Part shown: in pieces, positions 1 to 10,846 of the stretch
Numbering within the stretch: position 1 is the first letter of the stretch
Layout of the letters: each line of letters starts with the position of its first letter
Made by a program: the position numbers and the translations under genes
NCBI GenBank assembly: GCA_903829815.1
Contig: CAIKRR010000045.1
Location: 71,226 to 135,225 of the forward strand
Direction of reading: 5' to 3'
Source: an uncultured Pseudomonadota bacterium
Lineage (GTDB): Bacteria > Pseudomonadota > Gammaproteobacteria > Burkholderiales > SG8-39
DNA: 64,000 nucleotides
The notes under the pieces: generated by a model
The model's database searches: none
What the model was told of the DNA's origin: nothing
What the model saw: only the letters and a program-made list of their open reading frames with translations

Positions 1-1010
1 AGGTGCAGGCGGTGTATACCGGCATTGCCGGCAGTCATATCAAGAGCTTCAATTCGACCGGGATGCTGCCCCTGCGCGATCGTGAGGTGACCCCACTCGA
101 TGTCGAGCGCGTGGTGGATACCGCCCGCGCAATCGCGATTCCGACCGACCAGCAGGTGCTGCATATCCTGCCTCAGGAATTCGTGATCGATGGTCAGGAT
201 GGCATTCGCGAGCCGGTGGGCATGAGCGGTGTCCGGCTCGAGGTCAAGGTACATATCGTGACCGGTGCCGTGTCAGCGGCCCAGAACATCATCAAGTGCG
301 TGCGTCGCTGTGGCCAGGAGGTGGCCGATCTGATCCTGCAGCCGCTTGCCTCGAGCCAGGCGGTGCTCACCGAGGATGAAAAGGACCTTGGTGTCTGTCT
401 GGTCGACATTGGCGGGGGTACCACCGACATCGCCGTCTTTACCCACGGCGCGATCAGGCACACCGCGGTCTTGCCCGTGGCCGGCGACCAGATCACCGCC
501 GACATCGCGATGGCCCTGCGCACCCCTACGCCCGAGGCCGAGGACATCAAGGTCAATCACGGCTGCGCCCTGCGCTCGCTGGCTGCGGCCGATGAGCTGA
601 TCGAAGTGCCTGGTCTGGGCGATCGCGGGCCGCGCACCCTGTCGCGGCAGATGCTCGCCGAGGTGATCGAGCCCCGGGTCGAAGAACTCTTTTCGATGGT
701 GCAGCAAGTCCTGCGACAATCTGGCTACGAGGAATTGATCTCCTCGGGCATCGTGCTGACCGGTGGCTGTGCCGCCATGCAGGGCATGACCGATCTGGGC
801 ATGGAGATCTTCGATCTGCCGGTCCGTATCGGGACGCCTCGCTATACGGGAGGACTTGCTGGCATGATCTGCCAGCCGCGTTATGCCACGGTGATGGGAT
901 TGCTTCTCGAAGGGCAGAGTCAGATGCGACGTGGACTGGCGGCGCGCCAGAGTGGATCGTTCAGGCAGACGCTCTCGCGAATGAGGGATTGGTTCAGGAA
1001 GAACTTCTGA
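1..1010 (+). CDS. ftsA: Cell division protein FtsA, C-terminal ~335 aa (5' end lies outside the window; reading frame starts at nt 3)
   Basis: ORF is open to the window edge. Actin-like ATPase motifs DIGGGTTDIAVF and VLTGGCAAMQG. Lies directly upstream of ftsZ. Confidence 0.93.
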   Translation, partial: VQAVYTGIAGSHIKSFNSTGMLPLRDREVTPLDVERVVDTARAIAIPTDQQVLHILPQEFVIDGQDGIREPVGMSGVRLEVKVHIVTGAVSAAQNIIKCVRRCGQEVADLILQPLASSQAVLTEDEKDLGVCLVDIGGGTTDIAVFTHGAIRHTAVLPVAGDQITADIAMALRTPTPEAEDIKVNHGCALRSLAAADELIEVPGLGDRGPRTLSRQMLAEVIEPRVEELFSMVQQVLRQSGYEELISSGIVLTGGCAAMQGMTDLGMEIFDLPVRIGTPRYTGGLAGMICQPRYATVMGLLLEGQSQMRRGLAARQSGSFRQTLSRMRDWFRKNF

Positions 1011-1132
1011 TGCAGGTCTGCCGGGTCGGCGCGTGCAGGCGCTCGAACCGGTGCAGGTCGGAGGTTGAAGGCAGATGCAGGCTCTGAAAGTTCAAGTAAC
1101 TGGTGCGTGAAGTCTCTAATCTGGAGGTTCCA

Positions 1133-2278
1133 ATGAAGTTTGAAATCGTGGACAACCCGGCCGCTGGCACGGTCATCAAGGTAGTCGGCGTGGGCGGTGC
1201 AGGTGGCAACGCCGTCGAGCACATGATCAACAGTGGTGTGAAGGGCGTCGAGTTCGTGGTCGCGAACACCGATGCGCAGTCCCTCGCACGCTGTACAGCC
1301 AGCACCCGCATCCAGCTCGGTACCAGTGGGCTTGGAGCAGGCGCCAAGCCCGAGGCAGGTCAGGCTGCCGCGATCGAACAGCGCGACGCAATCCGCGCTG
1401 CGCTGAGCGGTGCCAACATGGTGTTCATCACTGCCGGCATGGGTGGTGGCACCGGTACCGGTGCAGCGCCTGTCGTGGCCGAAGTTGCCAAGGAGATGGG
1501 CATCCTGACGGTAGCGGTGGTAACCAAACCTTTTCAGTTCGAGGGCAAACGCATTCGTGTTGCCGAGGCAGGTCTGGAACTGCTGTCGCAGAACGTCGAT
1601 TCGCTGATCGTCATCCTGAACGAGCGTCTGATGGAAGTGCTTGGCGATGACGTGAGCATGCGTGATGCCTTCAAGGCGGCTGACGATGTGCTGCACAATG
1701 CGGTGGCTGGCATTGCCGAGATCATCAACTGCCCGGGTCTGGTGAATGTCGACTTCGAAGACGTGCGCACCGTGATGTCCGAGATGGGCATGGCGATGAT
1801 GGGTTCGGCCTTCGCCAGTGGCGTTGATCGCGCTCGCCTTGCCGCTGAACAGGCAGTGGCAAGCCCGCTCCTCGAAGGGGTCAACCTCTCGGGTGCCCGT
1901 GGCGTGCTCGTCAACATCACTGCCAGCCAATCGCTGAAGATGCGTGAAGTCAACGAGGTGATGAACACGGTGCGCGGATTCGCCGCCGAAGAAGCCACCA
2001 TCATCTTCGGTGCGGTTCACGACGAGTCGATGGGCGAGAACCTGCGCGTCACCGTGGTGGCAACCGGTCTGGGCACCCAACAGCAGAAGATGAGCAAGCC
2101 GCTGCAGGTGATCAGCCGGACCGGTACCGACAATCAGCCCTTCGTCGAGCGTCAGTACGAGGCAGCCGATACGCCCAACGTGATTCGGCGCAATCGTGCT
2201 GCTACCGTCGAGGCACTGCAGATGAGCGGGATGGACAAGTTCGACATTCCGGCATTCCTGCGCAAGCAGGCGGATTGA
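1133..2278 (+). CDS. ftsZ: Cell division GTPase FtsZ
   Basis: Tubulin signature [13 protein letters not shown] and conserved C-terminal tail [14 protein letters not shown] lies 5 nt before ATG 1133. The ORF-track start at 1103 is an upstream GTG. Confidence 0.97.
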   Translation: MKFEIVDNPAAGTVIKVVGVGGAGGNAVEHMINSGVKGVEFVVANTDAQSLARCTASTRIQLGTSGLGAGAKPEAGQAAAIEQRDAIRAALSGANMVFITAGMGGGTGTGAAPVVAEVAKEMGILTVAVVTKPFQFEGKRIRVAEAGLELLSQNVDSLIVILNERLMEVLGDDVSMRDAFKAADDVLHNAVAGIAEIINCPGLVNVDFEDVRTVMSEMGMAMMGSAFASGVDRARLAAEQAVASPLLEGVNLSGARGVLVNITASQSLKMREVNEVMNTVRGFAAEEATIIFGAVHDESMGENLRVTVVATGLGTQQQKMSKPLQVISRTGTDNQPFVERQYEAADTPNVIRRNRAATVEALQMSGMDKFDIPAFLRKQAD

Positions 2279-2394
2279 ACTCGGAGCGCTCGCGAGCCTC
2301 CGAGCGGTGAGTCAGCCCCCGACACGGGGTTTGACTCGCCGCCCGTCTGCGGGCAGCGTGCTGGTGCCTCGTGTGCTGGTCCGTTGCTGGCGTG

Positions 2395-3336
2395 TCAGTC
2401 GCGCGCCGGGAGCAGACCGGCTGCCAGCAGTGCCTTGCGGATGCGCTCGACCTCCTCGGCCGGGAGTCGGGTGAGCGGCGGGCGTACCACGGCTCGCGGT
2501 AGTCGGCCCATCAGCACCAGGGCTTCCTTCATCCGGTTGTGCATGTCGATCCATGGCTCGCTGTAGAAGATTTCGGCCGTGGGGTTGATGCGATCATTGA
2601 TGGCCCGGGCCGCCTCGAGATCGCCGGCTTGAACGGCATCGAACAATTGCGATTGCAGGTCGGCGATGACCGAACCACTGCCTGAGAGCAGTCCGTTGCA
2701 ACCAAGCACGAGCGAGCCCATCAGCCAGGCGCTGTGCGTCGACAGCACGTTGATCACCGGTTGGCGCGATTGCAGCGCGCGTACATGGCGCTCGTGCTGT
2801 GCCGGATTGGAGCACCAGTCCTTGATGGCGCGAATGCTCGGGACTGCGTCGAGCAGGGCGAGCAGGGTGGCCATCGGATAGCCCTGACCACCGGTCAGTG
2901 GATACTGGAACACGATGATGGGCAGGTCTGATGCGTCGGCAATGTGTCTGAAGTGGGTGATCACATTGGCCGGTCGGTGGCCCATGGTGAACGGCCCTGG
3001 CGGAAATACCAGCAGGGCCGATGCGCCGCCGTCGGTGGCCATGCGGGCAATACGGGCTGCCTCGAGGCTACCCTCGGCGTAGACACCGTGCACGATCGGC
3101 ATGCGTGCGCCGACTTCGTCCTGGGTGATGGCGAGCACCTGACGCTGTTCTTCGAAGGTGCAGGAGGCAGCCTCGGTCGAGTGCGCATTGATGGTGATGG
3201 CCGTGACGCCCTTCACTGCGCACACATCGCGCAGATGCGAGCGGTACGACCCCTCATCGATCGAGAAGTCGTCGTGAAAGGGCAGCAGAACCGCCGGGAT
3301 GACCCCTTGCGGGAGGTAGGAAGGATGTCGTGCCAT
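2395..3336 (-). CDS. DHDPS/N-acetylneuraminate-lyase family class I aldolase (DapA-like, probably not true DapA)
   Basis: 313-aa product. Candidate Schiff-base Lys in IRAIKDW and Tyr in VFQYP. HSTEA sits where the canonical GTTGE motif is expected. Start taken at ATG 3336 (MARHPSY). Confidence 0.8.
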   Translation of the reverse strand: MARHPSYLPQGVIPAVLLPFHDDFSIDEGSYRSHLRDVCAVKGVTAITINAHSTEAASCTFEEQRQVLAITQDEVGARMPIVHGVYAEGSLEAARIARMATDGGASALLVFPPGPFTMGHRPANVITHFRHIADASDLPIIVFQYPLTGGQGYPMATLLALLDAVPSIRAIKDWCSNPAQHERHVRALQSRQPVINVLSTHSAWLMGSLVLGCNGLLSGSGSVIADLQSQLFDAVQAGDLEAARAINDRINPTAEIFYSEPWIDMHNRMKEALVLMGRLPRAVVRPPLTRLPAEEVERIRKALLAAGLLPARD

Positions 3337-3565
3337 GTCAGTCCGCGAGAAAGGTGTGTCGGTTGTTTCGGTACAAGCCTCGAGCGTGGGAACGGTATCA
3401 CCTTTCGGCGCTGGGCCGAGCGGTCGGAGGGTGTCAAGCAGTCGGCTATGCTGCACTGCGGCGGCGAGGTATGATGAGACTCAGGATGGCGTGGGTTCAG
3501 TCCGCCAGCGGGTCGCTTGGCTCTGGTGCCGCGGCTCATGGTCGTCATTTCAACAGGTGCTCTTC

Positions 3566-4483
3566 ATGCTTCGTCAGCGCACGCTCAAGTCAGCAGTGAC
3601 CACCACCGGGGTGGGCTTGCATACCGGTGCCCCGGTCGAGATGACACTCAGGCCGGCGGGGCCTGACACCGGCATCGTCTTCCAGCGCGTCGACCTACCC
3701 GGCTTGCCCTCGGTGGCGGCCGATCCAGCGCGTGTCACCGACACCCGCATGTGCACGTCCCTGCGCGACGGCGATTTCAAGGTGTCTACCGTCGAGCATC
3801 TGATGTCGGCTCTGGCCGGCATGGGCATCGACAACCTGCGTGTCGAACTCAATGGACCCGAGGTGCCCATCCTCGATGGCAGCGCAGCGCCCTTCGTGTT
3901 CCTGATCCAATCGGTGGGCATCGAGGAACTCGATGTGCCCAAGCGGTTCTTGCGGGTCCTGAAGACCATCGATGTGGTCGAGGGCGACAAGTGGGCGCGT
4001 CTGGAACCCCACGAAGGGTTTCGGCTCAGTTTCAGCATTGCGTTCGATCACCCCGCGATCGACCGTACCGGACAGTCGGTGACTTTCGATCTGGGTGATA
4101 CGCCCTATCGCAAGGATATCGCTCGTGCCAGGACTTTCGGATTTGCCCAGGACGTCGAGATGATGCGATCGCACGGTCTTGCCTTGGGCGGCAGCCTGGA
4201 CAATGCGGTGGTGATGGATGAGTTCAAGGTACTCAACCCCGACGGCTTGCGTTATGCCGACGAATTCGTCAAGCACAAGGTGCTCGACGCGATCGGCGAC
4301 CTCTACATGGCCGGGCTGCCGCTCCTCGGGGCGTTCACGGCACACAAGTCGGGTCATGAATTGAACAATCGCCTCCTGCGCGCCCTGCTGGCCGATCAGA
4401 CGGCCTTCGAGCGGGTGTCCTTCGGCGACACCGACCCGGTGCCGCGCGCCGTGACACGTCAGTTTGCGCTGGCGGCTGCCTGA
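3566..4483 (+). CDS. lpxC: UDP-3-O-acyl-N-acetylglucosamine deacetylase
   Basis: N-terminus [16 protein letters not shown], and [14 protein letters not shown] motif. ATG verified at 3566; the upstream part of the ORF (3335-3565) is non-homologous read-through. Confidence 0.95.
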   Translation: MLRQRTLKSAVTTTGVGLHTGAPVEMTLRPAGPDTGIVFQRVDLPGLPSVAADPARVTDTRMCTSLRDGDFKVSTVEHLMSALAGMGIDNLRVELNGPEVPILDGSAAPFVFLIQSVGIEELDVPKRFLRVLKTIDVVEGDKWARLEPHEGFRLSFSIAFDHPAIDRTGQSVTFDLGDTPYRKDIARARTFGFAQDVEMMRSHGLALGGSLDNAVVMDEFKVLNPDGLRYADEFVKHKVLDAIGDLYMAGLPLLGAFTAHKSGHELNNRLLRALLADQTAFERVSFGDTDPVPRAVTRQFALAAA

Positions 4484-4510
4484 GTCGTGGCCCCGGCGGT
4501 GTCGGGGGCG

Positions 4511-5380
4511 ATGCGCTTCGGAACCTTCCTTGTCGCGGCACTCTTCGTTCTCGGGGGCCGCATGACGTGCGCCGAATCGCGACACTTCAAGACCTCTGAC
4601 GGGGTCTTGCTCCATTACGAGGAGCGCGGCGTCGGCCGGGTCGACAGCTCGCGCGGGTCGATTCTTTTCGTGCCGGGCTGGACCATGCCGGCGTCGATCT
4701 GGGAGCCTCAACTGCTGCACTTTGCCGAGCGGTACCGGGTGGTAGCGCTTGATCCGCGCGGACAGGGCGATTCGGCCGTTGCCCCGGGTGGCTACACACC
4801 CGAGCGGCGTGCCCGCGATATTGCCGAGCTCATCAGGGCCGCAGGGCTGCAGCAGCCTGTCATCGTCGGCTGGTCTCTTGGTGTTCTCGAGGCACTGGCT
4901 TATGTCCAGGCGCATGGCGATGCGGCCCATGCCGCGCTGGTGCTGGTGGACAACTCGGTCGGTGAAGAGCCGGCGCCTGGTGGCGGCAAGGGGCCCGCGT
5001 TCACGACGCGACTGCGTCAGGATCGCGAGAAGACCGTGCGCGGATTCGTGCGTTCGATGTATCGCTCGGAGCAGTCCGAGGCCTACCTGCAGACGATCGA
5101 AGCGGCTTCGTTGAAAACGCCGCTCGAGGCGAGCGTGGCGCTGCTGTCATGGCATGGGCCGCGCACCCGGTGGCGTGACGCGCTCTACGCGACCACCAAG
5201 CCAGTGCTGTATGTCGTGACGCCTGCGTTTGCGCTCCAGGCCGCCAACGTGGCGCGCAAGCGACCGGACATCCGCACTGAAGTGTTCGCACAGGCCGGCC
5301 ATGCCCTCTTTGTCGATGAGGCAACGCGCTTCAATGCCGTGCTGGAGCAGTTTCTTGCGACCTTGCCGACTGCGCGCTGA
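4511..5380 (+). CDS. Secreted alpha/beta-fold hydrolase
   Basis: Signal-peptide-like N-terminus MRFGTFLVAALFVLGG and GWSLG nucleophile elbow. Follows the lpxC stop by 3 nt (GTG 4487) or 27 nt (ATG 4511), so the start is ambiguous. Confidence 0.75.
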   Translation: MRFGTFLVAALFVLGGRMTCAESRHFKTSDGVLLHYEERGVGRVDSSRGSILFVPGWTMPASIWEPQLLHFAERYRVVALDPRGQGDSAVAPGGYTPERRARDIAELIRAAGLQQPVIVGWSLGVLEALAYVQAHGDAAHAALVLVDNSVGEEPAPGGGKGPAFTTRLRQDREKTVRGFVRSMYRSEQSEAYLQTIEAASLKTPLEASVALLSWHGPRTRWRDALYATTKPVLYVVTPAFALQAANVARKRPDIRTEVFAQAGHALFVDEATRFNAVLEQFLATLPTAR

Positions 5381-5408
5381 AAGCGCGAGCGCTGCGGCAC
5401 TGGGGCGC

Positions 5409-5924
5409 TCAGGGGCTCGATTGTCGCTTGCTGGCAAGCCGCTTGATCGCGGTCTTGAGCGACGAATCGGGAAGGCTCGCTGCGAGGCGGTCCAGATGCC
5501 CGGCTGCCTCTGCGGCGAGCAGACGAGGCTGCGGGGGCATGGCGACTGCGGCCAGGCTCTCGGGCCTGACCTGTACGAGCAGCGTGAGCACACCCGGATG
5601 AACGCTGGCAAGGCTGCGCTCGAGCCGGGGGGCGAGCGCCCTGATCTTGGCGGCGACTGCGCTCGAGGCAGCGATCACGACCAGTGTTGCGTCATCTTGC
5701 AGGTTGGCCACCTGGCAACGTCCAGCCAGTGGCGCCGGCATTGCTTCGGCCAGTGCCTTGCCCAGGCGGGCGAGGAGGTCTGCCTTGTGCATGAGCGGCC
5801 CCAGTGCCCCCGAGTGCAGCAGGCGGGCAACCGTGGGCGGGGTCGGGCGCTGGATGGCCGAAGGCGAGCGTCGCATGGACAGAGGAGCAGGATGGCCGGT
5901 TACAGACCCCGGCAACGTTGCCAT
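5409..5924 (-). CDS. DUF721 (DciA-like) protein
   Basis: Core GRCQVANLQDDATLVVIAASSAVAAKIRALAPRLERSL resembles DUF721 proteins as I remember them. Divergent from secA. Start uncertain (ATG 5924, M17 or M45). Confidence 0.55.
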   Translation of the reverse strand: MATLPGSVTGHPAPLSMRRSPSAIQRPTPPTVARLLHSGALGPLMHKADLLARLGKALAEAMPAPLAGRCQVANLQDDATLVVIAASSAVAAKIRALAPRLERSLASVHPGVLTLLVQVRPESLAAVAMPPQPRLLAAEAAGHLDRLAASLPDSSLKTAIKRLASKRQSSP

Positions 5925-6005
5925 GCTATCATCACGGGTTCAGCCCCGCACCATGAAATATCCTTTCCTTTCAATGATTTCTGATGGGGCCGCGACGGCG
6001 CGAGC

Positions 6006-8786
6006 ATGATAGACAAAGTTCTCAGGAAGATTTTCGGCAGCCGCAACGACCGGCTCCTCAAGGGTTACCGTCGGACGGTGCGCGCGGTCAACGCGCTTGA
6101 GCCGCAGATGCAGGCCCTCTCCGACACTGAACTGGCTGCACAGACCGAGCGCCTGCGTGCACGGCATGCGGCTGGCGAGACGCTTGATGCGCTGCTGCCC
6201 GAGGCCTTTGCCACCGTGCGCGAGGCGGCCTGGCGAGTGCTGCACATGCGCCATTTCGACGTGCAACTCATCGGCGGCATGGTGCTGCACGGCGGCAAGA
6301 TCGCCGAGATGCGCACGGGCGAGGGCAAGACGCTGGTGGCCACCTTGCCCGCCTATCTCAATGCCTTGCCCGGCAAGGGCGTGCATGTGGTCACTGTCAA
6401 CGAGTATCTGGCCCAGCGCGATGCGCAGTGGATGGGACGGGTTTTCCAGTTTCTCGGCATGACGGTGGGCGTGAATCTGGCCAACCTGCCGCGCGAGCAG
6501 AAGCAGGCTGCCTATGGCGCCGACATTACCTACGGCACCAACAACGAATTTGGCTTCGATTACCTGCGCAACAACATGGTGATGGGACCGGAAGAGCGTC
6601 TGCAGCGGCCGCTGCATTACGCCATCGTCGATGAGGTTGATTCCATTCTCATCGACGAGGCGCGCACCCCGCTCATCATCTCGGGGCAGGCCGAAGACCG
6701 CACCGACATCTATCAGAAGATCGACCGGGTGGTGCCGCTCCTGAAGAACAGCAGTTCGTTTGATGCCGCCGATGGTGACTTCACGGTCGACGAAAAGAAC
6801 CACCAGGTGCTGCTCACCGAGTCGGGTCACGAGCATGCCGAAGCCATCCTCGCCGAGGCCGGGCTGCTTGCCGAGGGTTCGAGCCTCTACGCCCCCGAGA
6901 ACATCAGTCTCATCCATCACCTGTACAGCAGCCTGAGGGCCCATCACCTGTTTTTCCGCGATCGGCACTATGTGGTGCAGAACCGCGAAGTGGTCATCGT
7001 TGACGAATTCACGGGTCGGCTGATGTCGGGCCGGCGCTGGTCCGATGGGCTGCACCAGGCGGTCGAGGCGAAGGAGGGCGTCGACATCCAGAGCGAGAAC
7101 CAGACGCTCGCCTCGATCACCTTCCAGAACTACTTCCGGATGTACGAAAAGCTGGCCGGCATGACCGGAACGGCTGATACCGAGGCGTTCGAGTTCCAGG
7201 AAATCTACAGCCTCGAGACGGTGGTCATCCCGACCCATCATCCGATGGTGCGTGACGACCGGCTCGATCAGGTATTTCGCACGGCGCACGAGCGCGACAA
7301 CGCGGTCATCCGTGACATCGTCGAGTGCAATGGTCGCGGCCAGCCGGTGCTGGTGGGTACCACTTCGGTGGAGGCCTCCGAGCACTTCTCGCGACTGCTC
7401 GATGCGGCCGGCCTGAAAAAAGGCATTGCGCATCAGGTGCTGAACGCCAAGGAGCACGACCGCGAGGCGCAGATCGTCGCCCAGGCCGGGCGGCCCGGCA
7501 TGATCACCATTGCCACCAATATGGCAGGGCGCGGTACCGACATCGTGCTGGGGGGCAATGTCGAGAAGCAGTCCGAGCACATCACCGATGATGCCTCTCT
7601 CCCCGATGACGAGAAGGCGCCGCGCATCGCGGTGCTGCAAGCCGAGTGGCAGGGACTGCATGATCAGGTGCTGGCGGCCGGTGGCCTGCACATCATCGGC
7701 ACCGAGCGTCATGAATCACGTCGCATCGACAACCAGCTGCGCGGTCGTGCCGGGCGACAGGGTGATCCGGGTTCGAGCCGGTTCTTTCTCTCGCTCGAAG
7801 ATCCTTTGCTGCGCATCTTCGCTGGTGAGCGCATCCAGCGCATCATGCAAATGCTCAAGATGCCCGAGGACGAGCCGATCGAGGCCGGCATGGTCACCCG
7901 CTCGATCGAGTCGGCACAGCGCAAGGTCGAGGCCCACAATTTCGACATTCGCAAGCAGTTGCTCGAGTACGACAACGTCGCCAACGACCAGCGCAAGACC
8001 ATCTACGAGCAGCGCAATCTGGTTCTCGATGGCACCGATACCGAGATCGACGAACTGGTGAAGCGCCTGCGTGACAGCGTGGTCGAAGATCTGCTGCGTC
8101 AGCATGTGCCCCCGGATACGGTCGAGGAGCAATGGGACCTCGAGGGTCTTGCGCGCACGCTCAGCGCCGAGATCATGGTTGAAGCACCGCTCACCGACTG
8201 GGCAAAGGAAGGCATCGACGAAGGGGCGATGCTCGAGCGCTTGCAGGCCTCGGCCGATGCGGCGTTTGCCGCGCGTACCGGCCTGGCGCCTGCCGAGACG
8301 CTCAGTCAGTACAAACGCCTCATCCTGCTGCAACTCATCGACCACGAGTGGCGTGAACATCTGGGCATGCTTGATCATCTGCGTCAGGGCATCCATTTGC
8401 GCGGCTACGCGCAGAAAAACCCGCGCCAGGAATACAAGCGCGAGGGCTTCGAACTCTTTGCCGCATTGATCGAGCGCGTGAAGCTGGAATCCACGCGGAC
8501 CCTCATGCGGGTTCAGGTGCGCACCCAGGAAGAAGTCGATCAGGTCGAGGCGCAGCAGCCCGTGCCGCAGAACCTCGAATATCGCCATCCCGGCGTTGAC
8601 GAGGCGGCAGCGGCCGAATCGGCGGCTGCCGCGGCGATGGCCCAGGAGGGGTTCGCCGCCATGACCCAGGAGCGGCCACGTCCGCTGCAGCAGGTGGTCA
8701 ATGCCGGTGCCAAGATCGGCCGGAATGACCCCTGCCCCTGCGGTTCGGGCAAAAAGTACAAGGCTTGCCACGGGAAGCTCACCTGA
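6006..8786 (+). CDS. secA: Preprotein translocase ATPase SecA
   Basis: 926 aa. Motor motifs MRTGEGKT and [19 protein letters not shown]-terminal zinc finger [14 protein letters not shown]. Confidence 0.98.
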   Translation: MIDKVLRKIFGSRNDRLLKGYRRTVRAVNALEPQMQALSDTELAAQTERLRARHAAGETLDALLPEAFATVREAAWRVLHMRHFDVQLIGGMVLHGGKIAEMRTGEGKTLVATLPAYLNALPGKGVHVVTVNEYLAQRDAQWMGRVFQFLGMTVGVNLANLPREQKQAAYGADITYGTNNEFGFDYLRNNMVMGPEERLQRPLHYAIVDEVDSILIDEARTPLIISGQAEDRTDIYQKIDRVVPLLKNSSSFDAADGDFTVDEKNHQVLLTESGHEHAEAILAEAGLLAEGSSLYAPENISLIHHLYSSLRAHHLFFRDRHYVVQNREVVIVDEFTGRLMSGRRWSDGLHQAVEAKEGVDIQSENQTLASITFQNYFRMYEKLAGMTGTADTEAFEFQEIYSLETVVIPTHHPMVRDDRLDQVFRTAHERDNAVIRDIVECNGRGQPVLVGTTSVEASEHFSRLLDAAGLKKGIAHQVLNAKEHDREAQIVAQAGRPGMITIATNMAGRGTDIVLGGNVEKQSEHITDDASLPDDEKAPRIAVLQAEWQGLHDQVLAAGGLHIIGTERHESRRIDNQLRGRAGRQGDPGSSRFFLSLEDPLLRIFAGERIQRIMQMLKMPEDEPIEAGMVTRSIESAQRKVEAHNFDIRKQLLEYDNVANDQRKTIYEQRNLVLDGTDTEIDELVKRLRDSVVEDLLRQHVPPDTVEEQWDLEGLARTLSAEIMVEAPLTDWAKEGIDEGAMLERLQASADAAFAARTGLAPAETLSQYKRLILLQLIDHEWREHLGMLDHLRQGIHLRGYAQKNPRQEYKREGFELFAALIERVKLESTRTLMRVQVRTQEEVDQVEAQQPVPQNLEYRHPGVDEAAAAESAAAAAMAQEGFAAMTQERPRPLQQVVNAGAKIGRNDPCPCGSGKKYKACHGKLT

Positions 8787-8906
8787 GCCTACGCGCCCTC
8801 AGGGCATAAGGTAATGACCAATCAATCGTTCCCGCGCCGGTGAGGCGCAGGGACAATCTGGCCTGTCGGGTACCGAAATGCGGCGACCCCATCACAGGAG
8901 ATTGTC

Positions 8907-9545
8907 ATGACCTTGCGACTGGGCGATACCGCCCCTGATTTCCGGCAGGCATCGAGCACCGGCCCGATCCAGTTCCACGCATGGCTCGGCACGAGCTGGG
9001 GCGTACTCTTTTCGCACCCCGCCGACTTCACGCCGGTCTGCACCACCGAACTCGGACTCACCGCCAAGCTCAAGGCCGAGTTTGCCCGACGCAACGTCAA
9101 GGTGATTGCGCTCTCGGTCGACCCGGTCGAGTCGCATGAGCGCTGGATCGCCGACATCGACGAAACGCAGTCGACACGGGTCGACTTTCCGATCATTGCC
9201 GACCCCGATCGCCAGGTCGCCACGCTCTACGACATGATTCATCCGAATGCCAGCGCAACGCATACGGTGCGCTCGCTCTTCGTCATCGACCCGCAAAAGC
9301 GCGTGCGCCTCATCATCACCTACCCGGCCAGCACGGGGCGCAACTTTGACGAGATCCTGCGGGTGATCGATTCGCTGCAACTCACCGACAACTACAGCGT
9401 AGCTACGCCGGGCAACTGGAAGCCGGGTGAAGACGTGGTGATCTTGCCCTCGCTGCAAGACCCGGCCGTTCTGGCCGAGAAGTTTCCGCGGGGTTTTCGT
9501 GCACTCAAGCCCTACCTGCGCCTTACCCCGCAACCGGATCGCTGA
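8907..9545 (+). CDS. 1-Cys (Prx6-type) peroxiredoxin
   Basis: Peroxidatic Cys motif FTPVCTTE. 212 aa with the C-terminal extension typical of 1-Cys Prx. GGAG lies 7 nt before the ATG. Confidence 0.9.
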   Translation: MTLRLGDTAPDFRQASSTGPIQFHAWLGTSWGVLFSHPADFTPVCTTELGLTAKLKAEFARRNVKVIALSVDPVESHERWIADIDETQSTRVDFPIIADPDRQVATLYDMIHPNASATHTVRSLFVIDPQKRVRLIITYPASTGRNFDEILRVIDSLQLTDNYSVATPGNWKPGEDVVILPSLQDPAVLAEKFPRGFRALKPYLRLTPQPDR

Positions 9546-9577
9546 TCGGGAGAGTGGGCGGGGCTGATCCGGCTGCC

Positions 9578-10846
9578 TCAGCGGATCATCCCTGCCGCCA
9601 CCGTCTCATTGCTGTCTTCATCGATGACGATGAACGCACCGGTCGAGCGAATGGTCGTATAGGGGTCGATGACCAGAGCCGATTGAGTCGTGATGCGAAC
9701 CGCGCCGATGTCGTTCAGCGCAAGGCCGGCAGCGGGTCTTGCCGATCCGGTATTCACATCGATCTGCGACTGCAGTTCGATGATGCGGGCTCGCACATTG
9801 CGCGTGGTGTGCTTGAGCAGGTATCGACGTGAGAGATCGAGTGCGTTCTTGCTCATCCAGCAGAGGACCGCATCAAACGCTTGCACCACGCGGGGTGCAT
9901 CGCCCGGATCGGTGTCGGCTGCGGCGATCAGATCGCCGCGGCTGATGTCGACCTCGTGGGCGAGTGCAAGCGTCACCGACTGGCCGGCCGAGGCCGTCGG
10001 GAGCGAGGTGGCAGCGTTATCGTGCCAGGCAAGGATGTCGCGTACGCAGGTGCGCTGGCCACCGGGGAGAACCGCGACCGAATCGCCTCGCGCAATCGTG
10101 CCCGACTCGATACGCCCCATGTAGCCACGGTAGTCGGCCTGGTCGAGGGCGCGCGATCGACTCACCCCTTGCACCGGAAAACGAAATGGGCGCTTGGCGA
10201 TGTCATCCGTATCGAGGGTCTCGAGCAGTTCGAGCAGCGCAGGGCCGGTATACCAGGGCATCGCCGTGCTCCGATCGACCACATTGTCGCCATGGAGGGC
10301 CGACACCGGGATGACGTGAACCCGGGTGATGCCGATGCGCTCGAGGAAATCGCCGAATTCACCTTCGATGGATCTGAAGACCGATTCGTCATGTCCCACC
10401 AGATCCATCTTGTTCACCGCTACCACGACATGGCGCAGGCCGAGCAGGCTTGCGATGATGGCGTGACGGCGCGACTGGACGAGCAACCCCTTGCGCGCAT
10501 CGACCAGAACGATCGACGCATCGGCGGTCGAGGCGCCCGTGGCCATATTGCGGGTGTACTGCTCGTGGCCAGGGGTATCTGCGATGATGAACTTGCGCTG
10601 TGGCGTCGCAAAGTAGCGGTAAGCCACATCGATGGTGATGCCCTGATCGCGCTCGGCGATCAATCCGTCGGTAAGAAGCGACAGGTCAAGCCCTTCGCCG
10701 CCACGTTTCGCGGTCGTGCGCTCGATGGCAGCGAGCTGGTCTTCGAGAATGGCCTTGGCGTCATGCAGCAGTCGTCCGATCAGTGTGCTCTTGCCATCAT
10801 CGACGCTGCCCGCGGTGGCGATGCGCAGTACCCCTGAGGTCGTCAT
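9578..10846 (-). CDS. cysN: Sulfate adenylyltransferase subunit 1 (GTPase), no fused APS kinase domain
   Basis: G-motifs GSVDDGKST, DTPGH and NKMD. 422 aa. Its ATG overlaps the cysD stop by 1 nt. Confidence 0.93.
   Translation of the reverse strand: MTTSGVLRIATAGSVDDGKSTLIGRLLHDAKAILEDQLAAIERTTAKRGGEGLDLSLLTDGLIAERDQGITIDVAYRYFATPQRKFIIADTPGHEQYTRNMATGASTADASIVLVDARKGLLVQSRRHAIIASLLGLRHVVVAVNKMDLVGHDESVFRSIEGEFGDFLERIGITRVHVIPVSALHGDNVVDRSTAMPWYTGPALLELLETLDTDDIAKRPFRFPVQGVSRSRALDQADYRGYMGRIESGTIARGDSVAVLPGGQRTCVRDILAWHDNAATSLPTASAGQSVTLALAHEVDISRGDLIAAADTDPGDAPRVVQAFDAVLCWMSKNALDLSRRYLLKHTTRNVRARIIELQSQIDVNTGSARPAAGLALNDIGAVRITTQSALVIDPYTTIRSTGAFIVIDEDSNETVAAGMIR

Noticed and set aside
5940-7712. 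Very long ORFs antisense to well-supported genes. Examples: 920-2080 (opposite ftsZ), 3695-4930 (lpxC), 5940-7712 (secA), 44009-45268 (PQQ-ADH), 49189-51015 (SNF2), 52099-53460 and 53512-54675 (alaS), 55676-57415, 57545-58792, 58533-59783 and 60602-61612.
   Set aside because: These are the classic high-GC artefact: strong GC3 bias on the true strand removes stop codons from the antisense frames. Their products are Arg/Gly/His/Pro/Ala-rich low-complexity sequences with no recognisable motifs. Each overlaps a gene with clear family signatures.
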